Positions 1 through 9,354 of a stretch of 23,172 bases of DNA are shown here, in pieces. Under the pieces are notes generated by a model. It saw nothing but the letters and a program-made list of their open reading frames with translations. It ran no database searches and was not told the DNA's origin. The first letter of the stretch is position 1; every line of letters begins with the position of its first letter. The DNA comes from Candidatus Nitrosocosmicus sp. (GTDB taxonomy: Archaea > Thermoproteota > Nitrososphaeria > Nitrososphaerales > Nitrososphaeraceae): positions 1 through 23,172 of the forward strand of contig JBGTFK010000070.1 of NCBI GenBank assembly GCA_041747305.1. The letters run 5' to 3'. The position numbers and the translations under genes were made by a program.

Positions 1-96
1 AAACCTCATTGGATGGTAAGAGCATTAACTGTTGCTCTATCGGTTATCATGATTTCTTTAATGTTGATTAGTTTGTGGCCTTCACGGTTCTTCTAA
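1..96 (+). CDS. 3' end of an ORF that starts left of the window (C-terminal hydrophobic helix)
   Basis: Frame 1 is open from base 1 to TAA at 94-96. It translates KPHWMVRALTVALSVIMISLMLISLWPSRFF*, a TM-like segment. No other support. Confidence 0.3.
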   Translation, partial: KPHWMVRALTVALSVIMISLMLISLWPSRFF

Positions 97-216
97 AGAA
101 TTATTTAGAAATAAAAATGAAATTAAGTACAATGAATTGAATGTAGATTATGACAAGATTTACTTTAAAAAAATATATCATTATATGATTATCCAAGTCT
201 CTGAGTTGAAACTTTA

Positions 217-270
217 GGTCAAATTTGTTTCACATACCACCGAACCAGCTACCTATATGTAGTAACTAAC
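217..270 (+). repeat. Cassette-boundary repeat, subfamily A, copy A1 (GGTCAAATTTGTTTCACATACCACCGAACC...TAGTAAC)
   Basis: Near-identical to 2179-2230 over the first ~30 nt. Shares the core CCACCGAACC (237-246) and the downstream TAGTAAC with the B copies. Contains the 8-bp palindrome CAAATTTG. Confidence 0.85.
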
Positions 271-373
271 TTGCTCAAAATAACTTACCCCACTAAAAGA
301 ATTATTTAGATAAATATTAGCCTATTACAAGGCCTTTCATGATTTCAGTAGATAATAATATGTAGAAATAGGA

Positions 374-1305
374 TTGGAAAGGGTGGCTGCGATACTATCG
401 GATGTTGATGGAACTCTATGTCCTACATCTAGTATAAACTATAATTACAAGAGTTCCGATTTTATTCCACGCTCAATCGAAGATATACTCTATGAGATTT
501 CTTTAACTATCCCAATAGTTATTATAACAAGCAAAGACTTTGATTTCATTTATCCAAAAACTAAAAAATTTGCAAAAATATTGTCTTGTATTTTAGGTTT
601 AGAAATGTTTGTTTTAGATGATAGACAACAAATTAATTATAATAAAAACATTTTAAATGAAAATAAAAAAATATCTACAGCAGATGTCGCTATCAAAGAT
701 AGGATTTCACGTTTTGACCATGAAATGCTATCAATCAACTCTTATATGTTAAATGAAATTACCGCCTATCTTGAAAAAAACTATCACACAATGAATGTTG
801 AAAAAAAGTTTCTAAAGTGAGAAGAAAATCTCCTAGGCGGAATTACGCTGGATTGGAGACATAATTCTAATTGGATGGTTAATAAAGAGAAATAAAAAGA
901 GATTGTCAAAGAATCAGTATATAATATATTAAATAGTTCAACAAAAAGAAGAATGCAGTATATCCAAAGAAAATCAAGTTTTCATACTCAGCATCTTTTT
1001 ATCCAAGAATATTCTACTCATCCTTTCATTGATGTTTGTGTTACCAAATTAAATAATGGTGGTGCATTTGACTCTGTTGTTTCCAAACCCTATGAAATAA
1101 TGGATATCAAAGACAAATAACATACCTGGGTGATTCTGAAACCGATGACCCTGCCTTTAGAAAAGCGTCTATTTCAATTGGAGTAAATTCAGATAATAGA
1201 CTAAACCTTACCTTGGATTGCACCCATTCCATAAAGTTTGAGAATTTGACTATTTTTTTAAGAAGACTGTTGATAATGACTTTGATTTCTCAGAATCATT
1301 GTTAA
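374..1305 (+). pseudogene. HAD-IIB-type phosphatase (trehalose/sugar-phosphate phosphatase-like), fragmented
   Basis: ORF 374-820 (TTG start) begins MERVAAILSDVDGTL, which is HAD motif I (DxDGT). After its stop, homology continues in other frames: ...HPFIDVCVTKLNNGGAFDSV... and ...TYLGDSETDDPAF... (HAD motif IV, GDxxxD), ending at TAA 1303-1305. At least two frame breaks or stops. Confidence 0.6.
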
Positions 1306-1362
1306 ATTTTTGAATTCCAGATATAAGAAAAGATAAGTAGAATATGAAATCTATTAACAGTC

Positions 1363-1740
1363 GTGAAAGGAATAGAGTTTGTTTTATTGGCAGCCGGAGC
1401 AATTTTAGGTGCTTATGTCAGATATAAAATCAACTCTTTTCCTTTGATATTAGGAATAATAGGTTCAAACGTATTGATTGTAAATATAATAGGTAGTTTT
1501 ATTCTGGGTATTTTCTCTGTTTTATTGGTTAACTGGAACCTAGATCAAAGATATTCTTTTCTAATCGCTATTGGATTCTGCGGTTCCTTAACCACGATGT
1601 CTTCATTTGCTCTAGAAAACATAGTAATGATAGAAAATAAACAAATTCTAAGTATGATGATTAATACAATAGCCAATGTGGGCTTATCCTTTTTGGCGCT
1701 ATATGGTGGCAGAATCTTAATAATTCAATTATTACAGTAA
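1363..1740 (+). CDS. crcB: Fluoride ion channel CrcB/FluC
   Basis: 125 aa, GTG start, four hydrophobic helices. Carries the CrcB signatures GAILGAYVRY, NIIGSFILG and GFCGSLTTMSSF. Confidence 0.9.
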   Translation: MKGIEFVLLAAGAILGAYVRYKINSFPLILGIIGSNVLIVNIIGSFILGIFSVLLVNWNLDQRYSFLIAIGFCGSLTTMSSFALENIVMIENKQILSMMINTIANVGLSFLALYGGRILIIQLLQ

Positions 1741-1752
1741 TAATTTTAGAAT

Positions 1753-2067
1753 ATGATCCTGAAACAAATGATCTGCTTAAACATTCGCATAAAGAAAAAT
1801 GACAATGTAAATGGAAAAAGACTGGAGAAAACTATTATTGAATTTTTGATGAAGGCAAAGGTATTGGGCGCTATAGTATGGCTAGGTGTTGACGGATTTG
1901 GAAGAAGAGGCAAGTCAACAGTTCATTTGGAGGGTTTAATGATAAATCAACCTATGATGATAGAAACAATAGATGAGGAAGAAAAAATACAACCATTGTT
2001 ATTACCGTTAAAACAAATGATAGGCAATAACGGCTTTATTACTATTCATAGGGTGCAGGGTGTCTAA
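1753..2067 (+). CDS. DUF190 (PII-like) protein, the usual partner of crcB
   Basis: 104 aa, starts 13 nt after crcB. Pattern ...GAIVWLGVDGFGRRGKSTVH...QPMMIETIDEEEKIQPLL... fits the DUF190 family, which commonly neighbours crcB. Confidence 0.75.
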   Translation: MILKQMICLNIRIKKNDNVNGKRLEKTIIEFLMKAKVLGAIVWLGVDGFGRRGKSTVHLEGLMINQPMMIETIDEEEKIQPLLLPLKQMIGNNGFITIHRVQGV

Positions 2068-2178
2068 TTGTTATTCTTCGTGGTCAAAATTGAAGGCAAA
2101 TTCTAAACAAATAAAACTAATATAAACCCGTCAATTTGAAATTGCCTTCCTTAATATATCATTTGGGTATCAATAAGA

Positions 2179-2230
2179 GGTCAAATTTGTTTCACATGCC
2201 ACCGAAATCGATGATGATTTTAGTAACGCC
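2179..2230 (+). repeat. Cassette-boundary repeat, subfamily A, copy A2
   Basis: GGTCAAATTTGTTTCACATGCCACCGAAATCGATGATGATTTTAGTAACGCC. Core at 2199-2207. Same orientation as all other copies. Confidence 0.85.
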
Positions 2231-2486
2231 TTTAGTACACATTTAGAGATAATGTATTATTTATTATTCAAGTCTTTATTAAAATAATATGGGTATACAT
2301 CTTAATTTGACCTTATAGCGCATATTATGTTATCTGTCTATACAGGCAATAATCTCTTAAACAAGTTAAAATCGGTGATACTAGCGAGAATAATGATGAC
2401 AATAAAATAGAAATCGTCACAAATTATATGATGTTAATCTCAAGTAATGTATATCTCATTAAAAGATAATCCGAATAATAAAACGA

Positions 2487-2891
2487 TCATTTTGACATAA
2501 CAACCAGGAAATTTGTGGATGGAACATTACTTGAAAACCCTATTGTTTCAAATGTAATAACATCATCTATTTCGTAACCATCTTTCTTTACCTCATCTAC
2601 GGCCATCCACACTAAATCAGTAAATTGAGAACTAAGAGCCACAGTTTTAGGACTTTCAAACAGTACATCAATAGCATTCACACAAGTAGTTCCTAAACCA
2701 TAACATTGTTCAAAATCCTTATTTTCAAGAAAAAAAGTTGTGAAATTGATCGGATTGTTTAATATGTTCATTGCTGAGGTTGTATTTTTTGTAGTGCTTT
2801 CTCTAAGGTAGGAGTAAGAAGATGAGAAGGTCGAACTTACTAAAATAAATCCTACTCCTAGAATTACAAATACCAAGAATGTTTTTACCAT
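2487..2891 (-). CDS. Hypothetical secreted or membrane-anchored protein
   Basis: 134-aa ORF with N-terminal hydrophobic signal/anchor MVKTFLVFVILGVGFILVSS. No family recognised. Confidence 0.6.
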   Translation of the reverse strand: MVKTFLVFVILGVGFILVSSTFSSSYSYLRESTTKNTTSAMNILNNPINFTTFFLENKDFEQCYGLGTTCVNAIDVLFESPKTVALSSQFTDLVWMAVDEVKKDGYEIDDVITFETIGFSSNVPSTNFLVVMSK

Positions 2892-3195
2892 ATTTGTTTA
2901 TTAAAAGTAAAAGTATATTAAATATTCATAAAATTAATTTGTCTCGAGAGGAAAATAATATTACTATTTAATTATCATCCTTTGTGTATTTACTTAAATC
3001 TAACAGTAAATGATGTGGACCATAAAAATTGCAACTTCACAAGATAAAGTTTGAGTAATGGTAGATTTGACAACCAAATCACGGATACCGTAACTAATAA
3101 CATACATGAGGAAATATTAAATTAAAGTTATCGAAACAATGTGCTATATAGGTGATTATGCGATGAAAATAGATCAGGTTTATGTCTAACCTCTT

Positions 3196-3247
3196 CCACA
3201 GGGAGAATATCCACACCTCGTTTTTCACGTAAATTTTTCATAGTGAG
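3196..3247 (+). repeat. Degenerate B-like copy of the cassette-boundary repeat
   Basis: GAGAATATCCACACCTCGTTTTTCACGTAAATTTTTCATAGTGAG aligns by eye with GAGGATATCCACATCATTTCCACCAAACACGATAGTATTAATGGTAACG (copy B2). Same orientation. Clearly more diverged than the other copies. Confidence 0.45.
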
Positions 3248-3651
3248 TGATGAGGGTATATCTGATCAAAATGTAATAGATTAAAACTTCCAATGGGACC
3301 TAATTATTATCGTATATAGAAGATGCGTAAAAAAATAAAGTAAGTGCCGTTACAAAAGATAAGACAGTAAGTAAAAGATTATTCTATGGTATAGACCGGT
3401 AGAATTAGAAAAGGATTTTTTTGAAATAAAAGTCATCTAGTAGATACAAGAAGAATTGAAACGATATACAAAGTTTAACTTAAATAGAGATTATAATCAT
3501 AAACGACAGAAAATGACTACTTGCGTGTTGAATTTGTATAGTTAGAAATCCAAAAATAAATAAAATAGTGGACTGATAGGGAGTTAAATCATTAAAAAAT
3601 ATAATTGTATTTAATATTTCTAGAGTCCGTCTAAACTAAATCAAAATAAGT

Positions 3652-4134
3652 TTACATAGAAGAATCGATCTCCGACTTGTTGGACATAACGCCACAATCA
3701 TCAATATTACTAGTGTTTGATACAGTGTTGTTATTATTGGTTGAATTTAATAAGGTCGACAATTGGCTGTTAATTGGTGGCAATTCTGGTTCAAATTGAT
3801 TAGTTGTAGATGGTTCTGCTGGCAGTGGTGGCAATTCTGAAGATTCATGATAGACACTAGGCGAGGTCTGTTTCTGTTTCTCAAATATAATGATATCTAG
3901 GATTTTATTAATGATTGTTTTATGATATTGTACTTAGAAACAATATTACTAATTGATTTAACTATAGAATTAGTCTCTTGTTGTAATGTATTAGCCTGAT
4001 CTTGAGATTCGAATACCATTGTTGCTCTAACATTGCCATCAATACCAGGTGATGAAACAAATCACATCGCGCTAATCGCAAAAATTGCAAATTTTATCCT
4101 TCGTTATAAGATTGATAAAAACAACAATTATCAT
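3652..4134 (-). pseudogene. Decayed small secreted protein gene (Pro/Asn/Thr-rich tail)
   Basis: The minus strand reads in three successive frames: MIIVVFINL... then ...KFAIFAISAM*FVSSPGIDGNVRATMVFESQDQANTLQQ... then ...EKQKQTSPSVYHESSELPPLPAEPSTTNQFEPELPPINSQ...NNNNTVSN... Only the last 60 codons form an intact ORF (3652-3834). Confidence 0.3.
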
Positions 4135-4267
4135 CAATACATCAGATAAATAAAGTTTCCTCCACGATAAAGAACTTTATGAAATAAAACTTTAGAATCT
4201 AAGAAAATAATATTATTGGCATATCTTATCTCGAATACCTCTGCTTAAGGAAAGACATGTATATTAT

Positions 4268-4452
4268 GGCTCTGTTACCTTAAGGAATTTTTAAAAATGA
4301 TTTCCAAAATCTCATGTCCAGCCAGATAACCTCTTTTGGAACAAAAGTTCGTAAATTATGCTAAAAATACAAGAAATCTCCTTGTAATTGATCTATATAA
4401 TATAAAATCGGTTTGGATTTATACTGGGTTAAACGCTTAAGTTAACAGAACT
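4268..4452. mobile_element. MITE-like non-autonomous derivative of the local IS6-family element
   Basis: Left end GGCTCTGTTACCTTAAGG (4268-4285) against the reverse complement of the right end, AGTTCTGTTAACTTAAGCG (4434-4452): 14/18 by hand. Both resemble the IS6 terminal repeat GGCTCTGTTCACTTAACGG at 8464. No ORF inside and no clear target duplication. Confidence 0.45.
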
Positions 4453-4839
4453 TAGAAATATGTCAGTGACACAAATAAAGGGCGAAATTTTTTCCCTTAA
4501 CTTTACAGAATCTTTATTTGGTATATTATATTAGTTGAGATCATCCGCCTATTCGAATATCGTATCAAATATCGATCTTACTTTCAATTTCATTAGTAAT
4601 GATATCAATGATTTTTCCACATTTCCAGAGTGCTAAATAATTTATCTTATCTTTAGGAGGACTAGTGAGTTGTTTTTCAAATTATTTTCCAATATAGTTC
4701 AAAATATTTTAACTACTATCACCAAATGATCCGTATATCTTAGAAATTACTTAACAAAAAAATAACTGTTTTTTTACATAAACTTACAACAGATCATAGA
4801 ATAAAAACTGGATTGAAGTAATCGTAAAACAAAATCTTC

Positions 4840-5565
4840 TCAAGTCATTGGTATGGATGGAGTAGTAATTGTGTTGTTAAGCTGTATGTTTTCATCCGTG
4901 TTCGTATTATTTGGAACCTGAGGAAGTTTGGTATCATTAATCGTTGGAGGAACCTGAGGAAGGTCGGATTGAATATCACTACCTAGTCCAGAGTTTAGTA
5001 TTGAATTTATTTTATTCGAGTCTATACTCACCGATTTAATAATGTAATCACCTACTGGCAGGAACTGATCAAATATGTTACTTGATGTAATAAATAACAT
5101 TCCTGTCTGGATCCCATCGGAATTAACAGATATAACAGTTAACACATTTCGTTGGTCTTCACCTTCTAGTTTAAAAGTCGATATATATGAACATGCTAGA
5201 GCATCATTCAAAGTATATGTACCGCATTCAATTGGTTGTAATAACTCATAGTTATCAAAATTCTCATACGAAGGTAATTGAGATGCTGCTGCGTCATTTG
5301 AATTAAAATGAAGTGAATTATCTATTAACAATTCCGTCCATGCAAAAGATGTTCCTCTGTCAGCATATCGAAATATGTAATCTATAGGAGCTAATTTTTC
5401 ATTCTCTGGCATTCTCTCTGGAAACCAGTTCGAGGGTATTTGAATCGAGAACAAACCATCCCCCTCATCAAAAGTCTTCCAAGTAATCTGAGCATATGAT
5501 TGAGTTGGTAGTATACAAATGATCAATGCTGTAATAATGATAAAAATCAGAGATTTAAATAACAT
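4840..5565 (-). CDS. Secreted protein, paralog of 7246-8415 (possible PsbP-like fold; family not certain)
   Basis: 241 aa. Signal peptide MLFKSLIFIIITALIICILPTQSYAQ. The following ~165 aa align throughout with the N-terminal half of the 392-aa protein (ITWKTFDEGDGLFSIQIPSNWFPE vs VTWKTFSEEKGLFSIEIPSNWYPE, and so on). Pro/Asn/Thr-rich tail. Confidence 0.85.
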   Translation of the reverse strand: MLFKSLIFIIITALIICILPTQSYAQITWKTFDEGDGLFSIQIPSNWFPERMPENEKLAPIDYIFRYADRGTSFAWTELLIDNSLHFNSNDAAASQLPSYENFDNYELLQPIECGTYTLNDALACSYISTFKLEGEDQRNVLTVISVNSDGIQTGMLFITSSNIFDQFLPVGDYIIKSVSIDSNKINSILNSGLGSDIQSDLPQVPPTINDTKLPQVPNNTNTDENIQLNNTITTPSIPMT

Positions 5566-5586
5566 TAAACAGAATATAGTGATTTA

Positions 5587-5596
5587 CTATATAAAC
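5587..5596 (-). promoter_or_regulatory. TATA box for the 241-aa gene (leaderless or very short leader)
   Basis: The minus strand reads GTTTATATAG, centred about 26 nt upstream of the ATG at 5565. Confidence 0.5.
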
Positions 5597-5656
5597 TAAT
5601 TGAGCATGAGTAAATTATCACTACAAATAAATCTATTCCATTAGCATTTCATTTTT

Positions 5657-5698
5657 GGTAAAAACGGATGCTACCCACAAAACCAGCAAGTTATAGTT
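5657..5698 (+). repeat. Degenerate subfamily-A copy (A3) of the cassette-boundary repeat
   Basis: GGTAAAAACGGATGCTACCCACAAAACCAGCAAGTTATAGTT against A1 GGTCAAATTTGTTTCACATACCACCGAACCAGCTACCTATATGTAGT. Shared GGT.AAA...ACC.AC..AACCAGC...TATA.GT. Same orientation. Confidence 0.5.
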
Positions 5699-6253
5699 CC
5701 TCATCCATTTTAATTTGTATTTTGTACTTGATTGGATTAATTGATTCACCATTAAATTCTATCAGAAAACACATGCACCTGATAAAGGTAGACCGTATAT
5801 TTATCTAACACTACAATCTTGAAATGCTTAACAGTCAGAATTTGGTTTAGCCTGGCTTGATTCAAACAGGTCATCGAATTACTTTCTGACCTGCCAATTA
5901 ACAGAAAGGTAGCGAGAGCTTGTGGACTGTCATTATCATACTTACTAATCAGAAGGACATTGGCAGGAGGTTAAACCCAATAAGATGCAAGTATGCTATA
6001 ACGAAGATAATCGGCACGTTTTAGATAATATTTTTTTTATAATGTTGGATGAATTTGATGATATAAACAGAATATTATTTGATATTCCTGAAATCGCAGA
6101 TTTGTATTTTTTTCAGACAAGAAAAATATCTGTATCCAAAATCAATCTTATAAATGGAGCAATTTTTTAATTCGTATCATCGCAAAAATTTGCATTGATT
6201 TTCATATAATTGAAAAAAAATTTTGGAAGATACTTAACCGATTAACATATTAA

Positions 6254-7212
6254 GAGCCTATCCCCAAATTCGATAGTATTATAGCTGGTTTTCGCTAATC
6301 CTGAACCGTGACCTGCATCCATAAGATGGATAAAGTAAATGGTAGAAAGAATAATCGTACCATCATAACCATTCCAGATAAATTATGCCGTGAAATTAGG
6401 AATGTCTTATCCAAAGAGAAACCATTTAAAACTTTGGGTCGACCGGTTATACCCTACAGAAAAGTACTTGATAGTTTTCTCTACGTTCTTCGAACGGGAT
6501 GTCAGTGGAAAATGCTTCCCAAAGATTGTGGTTCAGGTTCCACCTCTGTCAGAGAAGATTCTAAGAATGGGTCAGTTTGGATGACTTTAAAAAGATATGG
6601 GTTATATTATTAAAAATATATGATATCAACTGGACTTGGCGATCGCTTGACTCCATATCCATAAGGTCGCCTTTAGAGGGGGAGATGACTGGAAATAATA
6701 CTCCGAACAGGAGAAAACTAGTCACAAAAAGACATATTCTGACAGATAAGAAAGGCATTCCACTATCGATTGTCATACCGTCTGCCAGTACTCATGAAGT
6801 TAAACTGGTAATAGAAGTGGTAGATAATTCAGTCATCAAACAACCACTATCATCATATAAGCCTAAACAAGAAAGAACGAAAAGAAAACTGCAACACCTG
6901 TGTCTTGATAAAGCACATAATTCCAAACAAGAAGAATAGGAACTAATCAAACGAGGATATGTCCAGTATATTCCTTATAGGGGAAGAAAAAGTAAAAAAT
7001 ATGAGGATGAGGAGATCAAGAGTAAAACAAAATCCAACCTAAACCGAAAAAAATGTTCTGCAAAAAGATGAGTTGTAGAAAGGACAAACTCTTGGCATAA
7101 CCGATTCCGAAAATTTTTATCTGATACGAGAAGAAGATGGAGAACTATTTTGGAATGGTACCGTTCTCCTGTTGTATAATAATTTGTAGAAGAATAATGT
7201 TGGGATAGGCTC
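6254..7212 (+). mobile_element. IS5-family insertion sequence, decayed
   Basis: Terminal inverted repeats GAGCCTATCCCCAA (6254-6267) and the reverse complement of 7199-7212, GAGCCTATCCCAAC. Flanked by direct TAA (6251-6253 and 7213-7215). Encodes an IS5-type DDE transposase. Confidence 0.85.
6308..7208 (+). pseudogene. IS5-family (DDE_Tnp_1-like) transposase, disrupted
   Basis: ORF A carries ...GRPVIPYRKVLDSFLYVLRTGCQWKMLPKDCGSGST.... A frame change follows to ...FKKIWVILLKIYD...TGNNTPNRRKLVTKRHILTDKKGIPLSIVIPSASTHEVKL...HLCLDKAHNSKQEE. Then stops and shifts through ...R*VVERTNSWHNRFRK... (TGA where W is expected) and ...YEKKMENYFGMVPFSCCIIICRRI. Confidence 0.85.
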
Positions 7213-7245
7213 TAAGCATAAAATGATATAGAGAAAAAAATAAGA

Positions 7246-8415
7246 TTACTGTATTGCAGTTGTTATTCTAAATGAATTGACCATGTTGTGAAAAACTGGT
7301 AAAGAGTCATTAAATTCATCCAGTGTTCCGCCATATGTTATTACATAAACCATGTCATTCACTATTGTCCATACTTGCATGTTTTTTAACTCCACTCCAT
7401 TTACAAAGTACGTATAAATTATTTGGTTTGCAGGATAAGCAGATAACGTGGAATTGGATGTTTCAAGTAAATTCATACTTGGAAATTGAGTGCGCAATAC
7501 ATTCAGTGCAGAATTGCTATATTCTTTTAAACTAGTATCTGATGAAACTACTTCGGTTGTTATAGCCATGGATTCTGGAGCTTCATCGGTAGCCGAGAGT
7601 CTTGGTGAATATAATAAAAGAGACGGAGGTGAAAGACTTTCCTCCTTGGTCCAATTAGATGGATATTCTAATGAAAATCCAAGGTTTGGGTTTTCATAAA
7701 CTATGGTTTCAGATCCATTTGCTTCATTTGGTGACTGTAGTATCTGGGGAATGTCCAAACCACTGGAATCGTTTGATCCCTTTTGGACAGATGTTAGCGG
7801 AATCTGAGGAATTTCAGACTGCATGTCTAATGTAGATTGGTCATTCAACATTTCATTGACGTTATTTGAGTCTATTTTTATTGAATTAATAGCATACTCA
7901 CCCACGGGTAGAAAGGAGTCATAAATATCACTTGAGGTTATGAAACTCACATAGGTTTGAATTCCGTTTGGAGAGGTAGATATAATATCTAGTATGTTTC
8001 TTCTTTCTTCACCTTCCAACTGTTGGCTTGATAAAAAGGAACAGGCGGGTGAGTCATTTAATATATATGTATTACAATCTATTGGTTTCAATAAAATAAA
8101 ATCATCAAATTGTTGATATTCTGATATATAAGATTCCGCAACAGCTCGAGCATCTGAATATATCGATTTGCTAATCAGCAATTCAATCCAAGCGAATGAA
8201 TTACCTCTGTCAGCATAACGGAATAAATAGTCTATCGGTGTCAATTTCTGGGATTCGGGTACCACTTCAGGATACCAGTTTGAAGGTATTTCTATAGAGA
8301 ACAAACCCTTCTCTTCACTAAAGGTTTTCCACGTTACCTGTCCAAATGATTGATTAACAACCGCCATCGAAACAATCAATACAGAAAGCATAAAAAGAAA
8401 GAATTTAAATAACAT
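7246..8415 (-). CDS. Secreted two-domain protein, paralog of 4840-5565 with an extra C-terminal domain
   Basis: The ORF track starts at TTG 8424. ATG 8415 instead gives MLFKFFLFML..., matching the paralog's MLFKSLIFII, and places the TATA box at the usual distance. The C-terminal ~170 aa (YENPNLGFSLEYPSNWTKEE...) are absent from the paralog. Confidence 0.85.
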   Translation of the reverse strand: MLFKFFLFMLSVLIVSMAVVNQSFGQVTWKTFSEEKGLFSIEIPSNWYPEVVPESQKLTPIDYLFRYADRGNSFAWIELLISKSIYSDARAVAESYISEYQQFDDFILLKPIDCNTYILNDSPACSFLSSQQLEGEERRNILDIISTSPNGIQTYVSFITSSDIYDSFLPVGEYAINSIKIDSNNVNEMLNDQSTLDMQSEIPQIPLTSVQKGSNDSSGLDIPQILQSPNEANGSETIVYENPNLGFSLEYPSNWTKEESLSPPSLLLYSPRLSATDEAPESMAITTEVVSSDTSLKEYSNSALNVLRTQFPSMNLLETSNSTLSAYPANQIIYTYFVNGVELKNMQVWTIVNDMVYVITYGGTLDEFNDSLPVFHNMVNSFRITTAIQ

Positions 8416-8436
8416 CAATTTCAAAAATACTTCTTT

Positions 8437-8446
8437 CTATATAAAT
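8437..8446 (-). promoter_or_regulatory. TATA box for the 392-aa-family gene
   Basis: The minus strand reads ATTTATATAG, centred about 26 nt upstream of ATG 8415. Confidence 0.5.
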
Positions 8447-8471
8447 ATTGCCAGATTTTTTATGGCTCTGT

Positions 8472-8783
8472 TCACTTAACGGCTTCTAACTCCTTGTTAT
8501 GATGATCTACAAATAGATTCAGCCAATTTCTTATATGCTGTAGTTTACAATTCTTAATCTTACATGGAAAGTAATCGTCGAAACTTTCAGTCCGGTCCTT
8601 GATGTACTACATTGTCCTCTCTATAATGCTTTTCTCCAAAGAGGAATGCATGTGATGATCTAGTTTCAGAAATCTACATGCTTGTGGATACCAGGTTCCA
8701 CCATCCGTTGATACAGGGTGTTTCCTATGATTTCTGACTAAATCGGCAATGAATCGTTCTGCTATTAACATGTTTCTTTCTTT
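8472..8783 (-). pseudogene. C-terminal half of the host IS6 transposase
   Basis: The minus strand reads ...KERNMLIAERFIADLVRNHRKHPVSTDGGTWYPQACRFLKLDHHMHSSLEKSIIERTM*YIKDRTESFDDYFPCKIKNCKLQHIRNWLNLFVDHHNKELEAVK*, with an in-frame TAG. Confidence 0.8.
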
Positions 8784-8898
8784 GGTTCTGTCAAGTTCCC
8801 GTCATATATTTTACTTTTCTAAGGCTGTAAAAAAGCGTCAGATGAAATCCAACCCTCCAATAATTTTTAATAGTATTTTTTCGAATCATCTATTGTAA

Positions 8899-9354
8899 TT
8901 GCTTACGCGGGAAGAAATTAAACAAAAAATCGTCACATGGATAAATGAAAATAATTGGTCACATACTGAATTTAGTACCCCAACAGTATATTTTCATTGT
9001 ATTATTAACCTCAAAGATGGAAGGAAATACAATATAGTAATAGAAAAAATTATTGACCGGATTGATTTCATTTCTACGATTGATGTCCCTGAAGATTATC
9101 AATCCAGTTATAAACTATCCAAGGACAAATACAAATTTTGGACTGACCTTAAGGTAAACCTTATGCTAATGGATATTAGTACAATGGTATATCCAAATTT
9201 GGAAGAACTTAAAACCTTGGAAATTAGTGCAGTGTTGTATTTTGATGCTTTTTCTCAGGATAGATTTATGCAATTGACAAATAAATTTGCTGACGCGATT
9301 GGGTTATGCAATATAATGTGGAAAAAATTTATCGATAGTCAGGTAAAAACCTAA
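8899..9354 (+). CDS. Hypothetical protein (passenger ORF 1)
   Basis: 151-aa ORF with TTG start, soluble-looking. No family recognised with confidence. Confidence 0.5.
   Translation: MLTREEIKQKIVTWINENNWSHTEFSTPTVYFHCIINLKDGRKYNIVIEKIIDRIDFISTIDVPEDYQSSYKLSKDKYKFWTDLKVNLMLMDISTMVYPNLEELKTLEISAVLYFDAFSQDRFMQLTNKFADAIGLCNIMWKKFIDSQVKT

Noticed and set aside
1306-1362. Fluoride riboswitch upstream of crcB
   Set aside because: No resemblance by eye to the crcB-motif RNA consensus. This needs a covariance-model scan to exclude formally.
3181-3294. 37-aa minus-strand ORF MKNLREKRGVDILPVEEVRHKPDLFSSHNHLYSTLFR
   Set aside because: It overlaps the degenerate repeat copy, and its GVDIL segment is simply the repeat read in the minus frame. 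There is no evidence that it is a gene.
5985-6170. 61-aa plus-strand ORF
   Set aside because: No motif, no convincing promoter spacing and odd composition. The region looks like decayed DNA next to the IS5, so it was not called.
6390-6776. ORFs 6390-6584 (+) and 6561-6776 (-) inside the IS5
   Set aside because: Alternate-frame and antisense ORFs within the transposase pseudogene. They do not match the IS5 transposase pattern.
7323-7699. Plus-strand ORFs 7323-7535 and 7490-7699
   Set aside because: They lie entirely antisense within the well-supported 392-aa secreted-protein gene. No motifs; typical shadow ORFs in AT-rich DNA.
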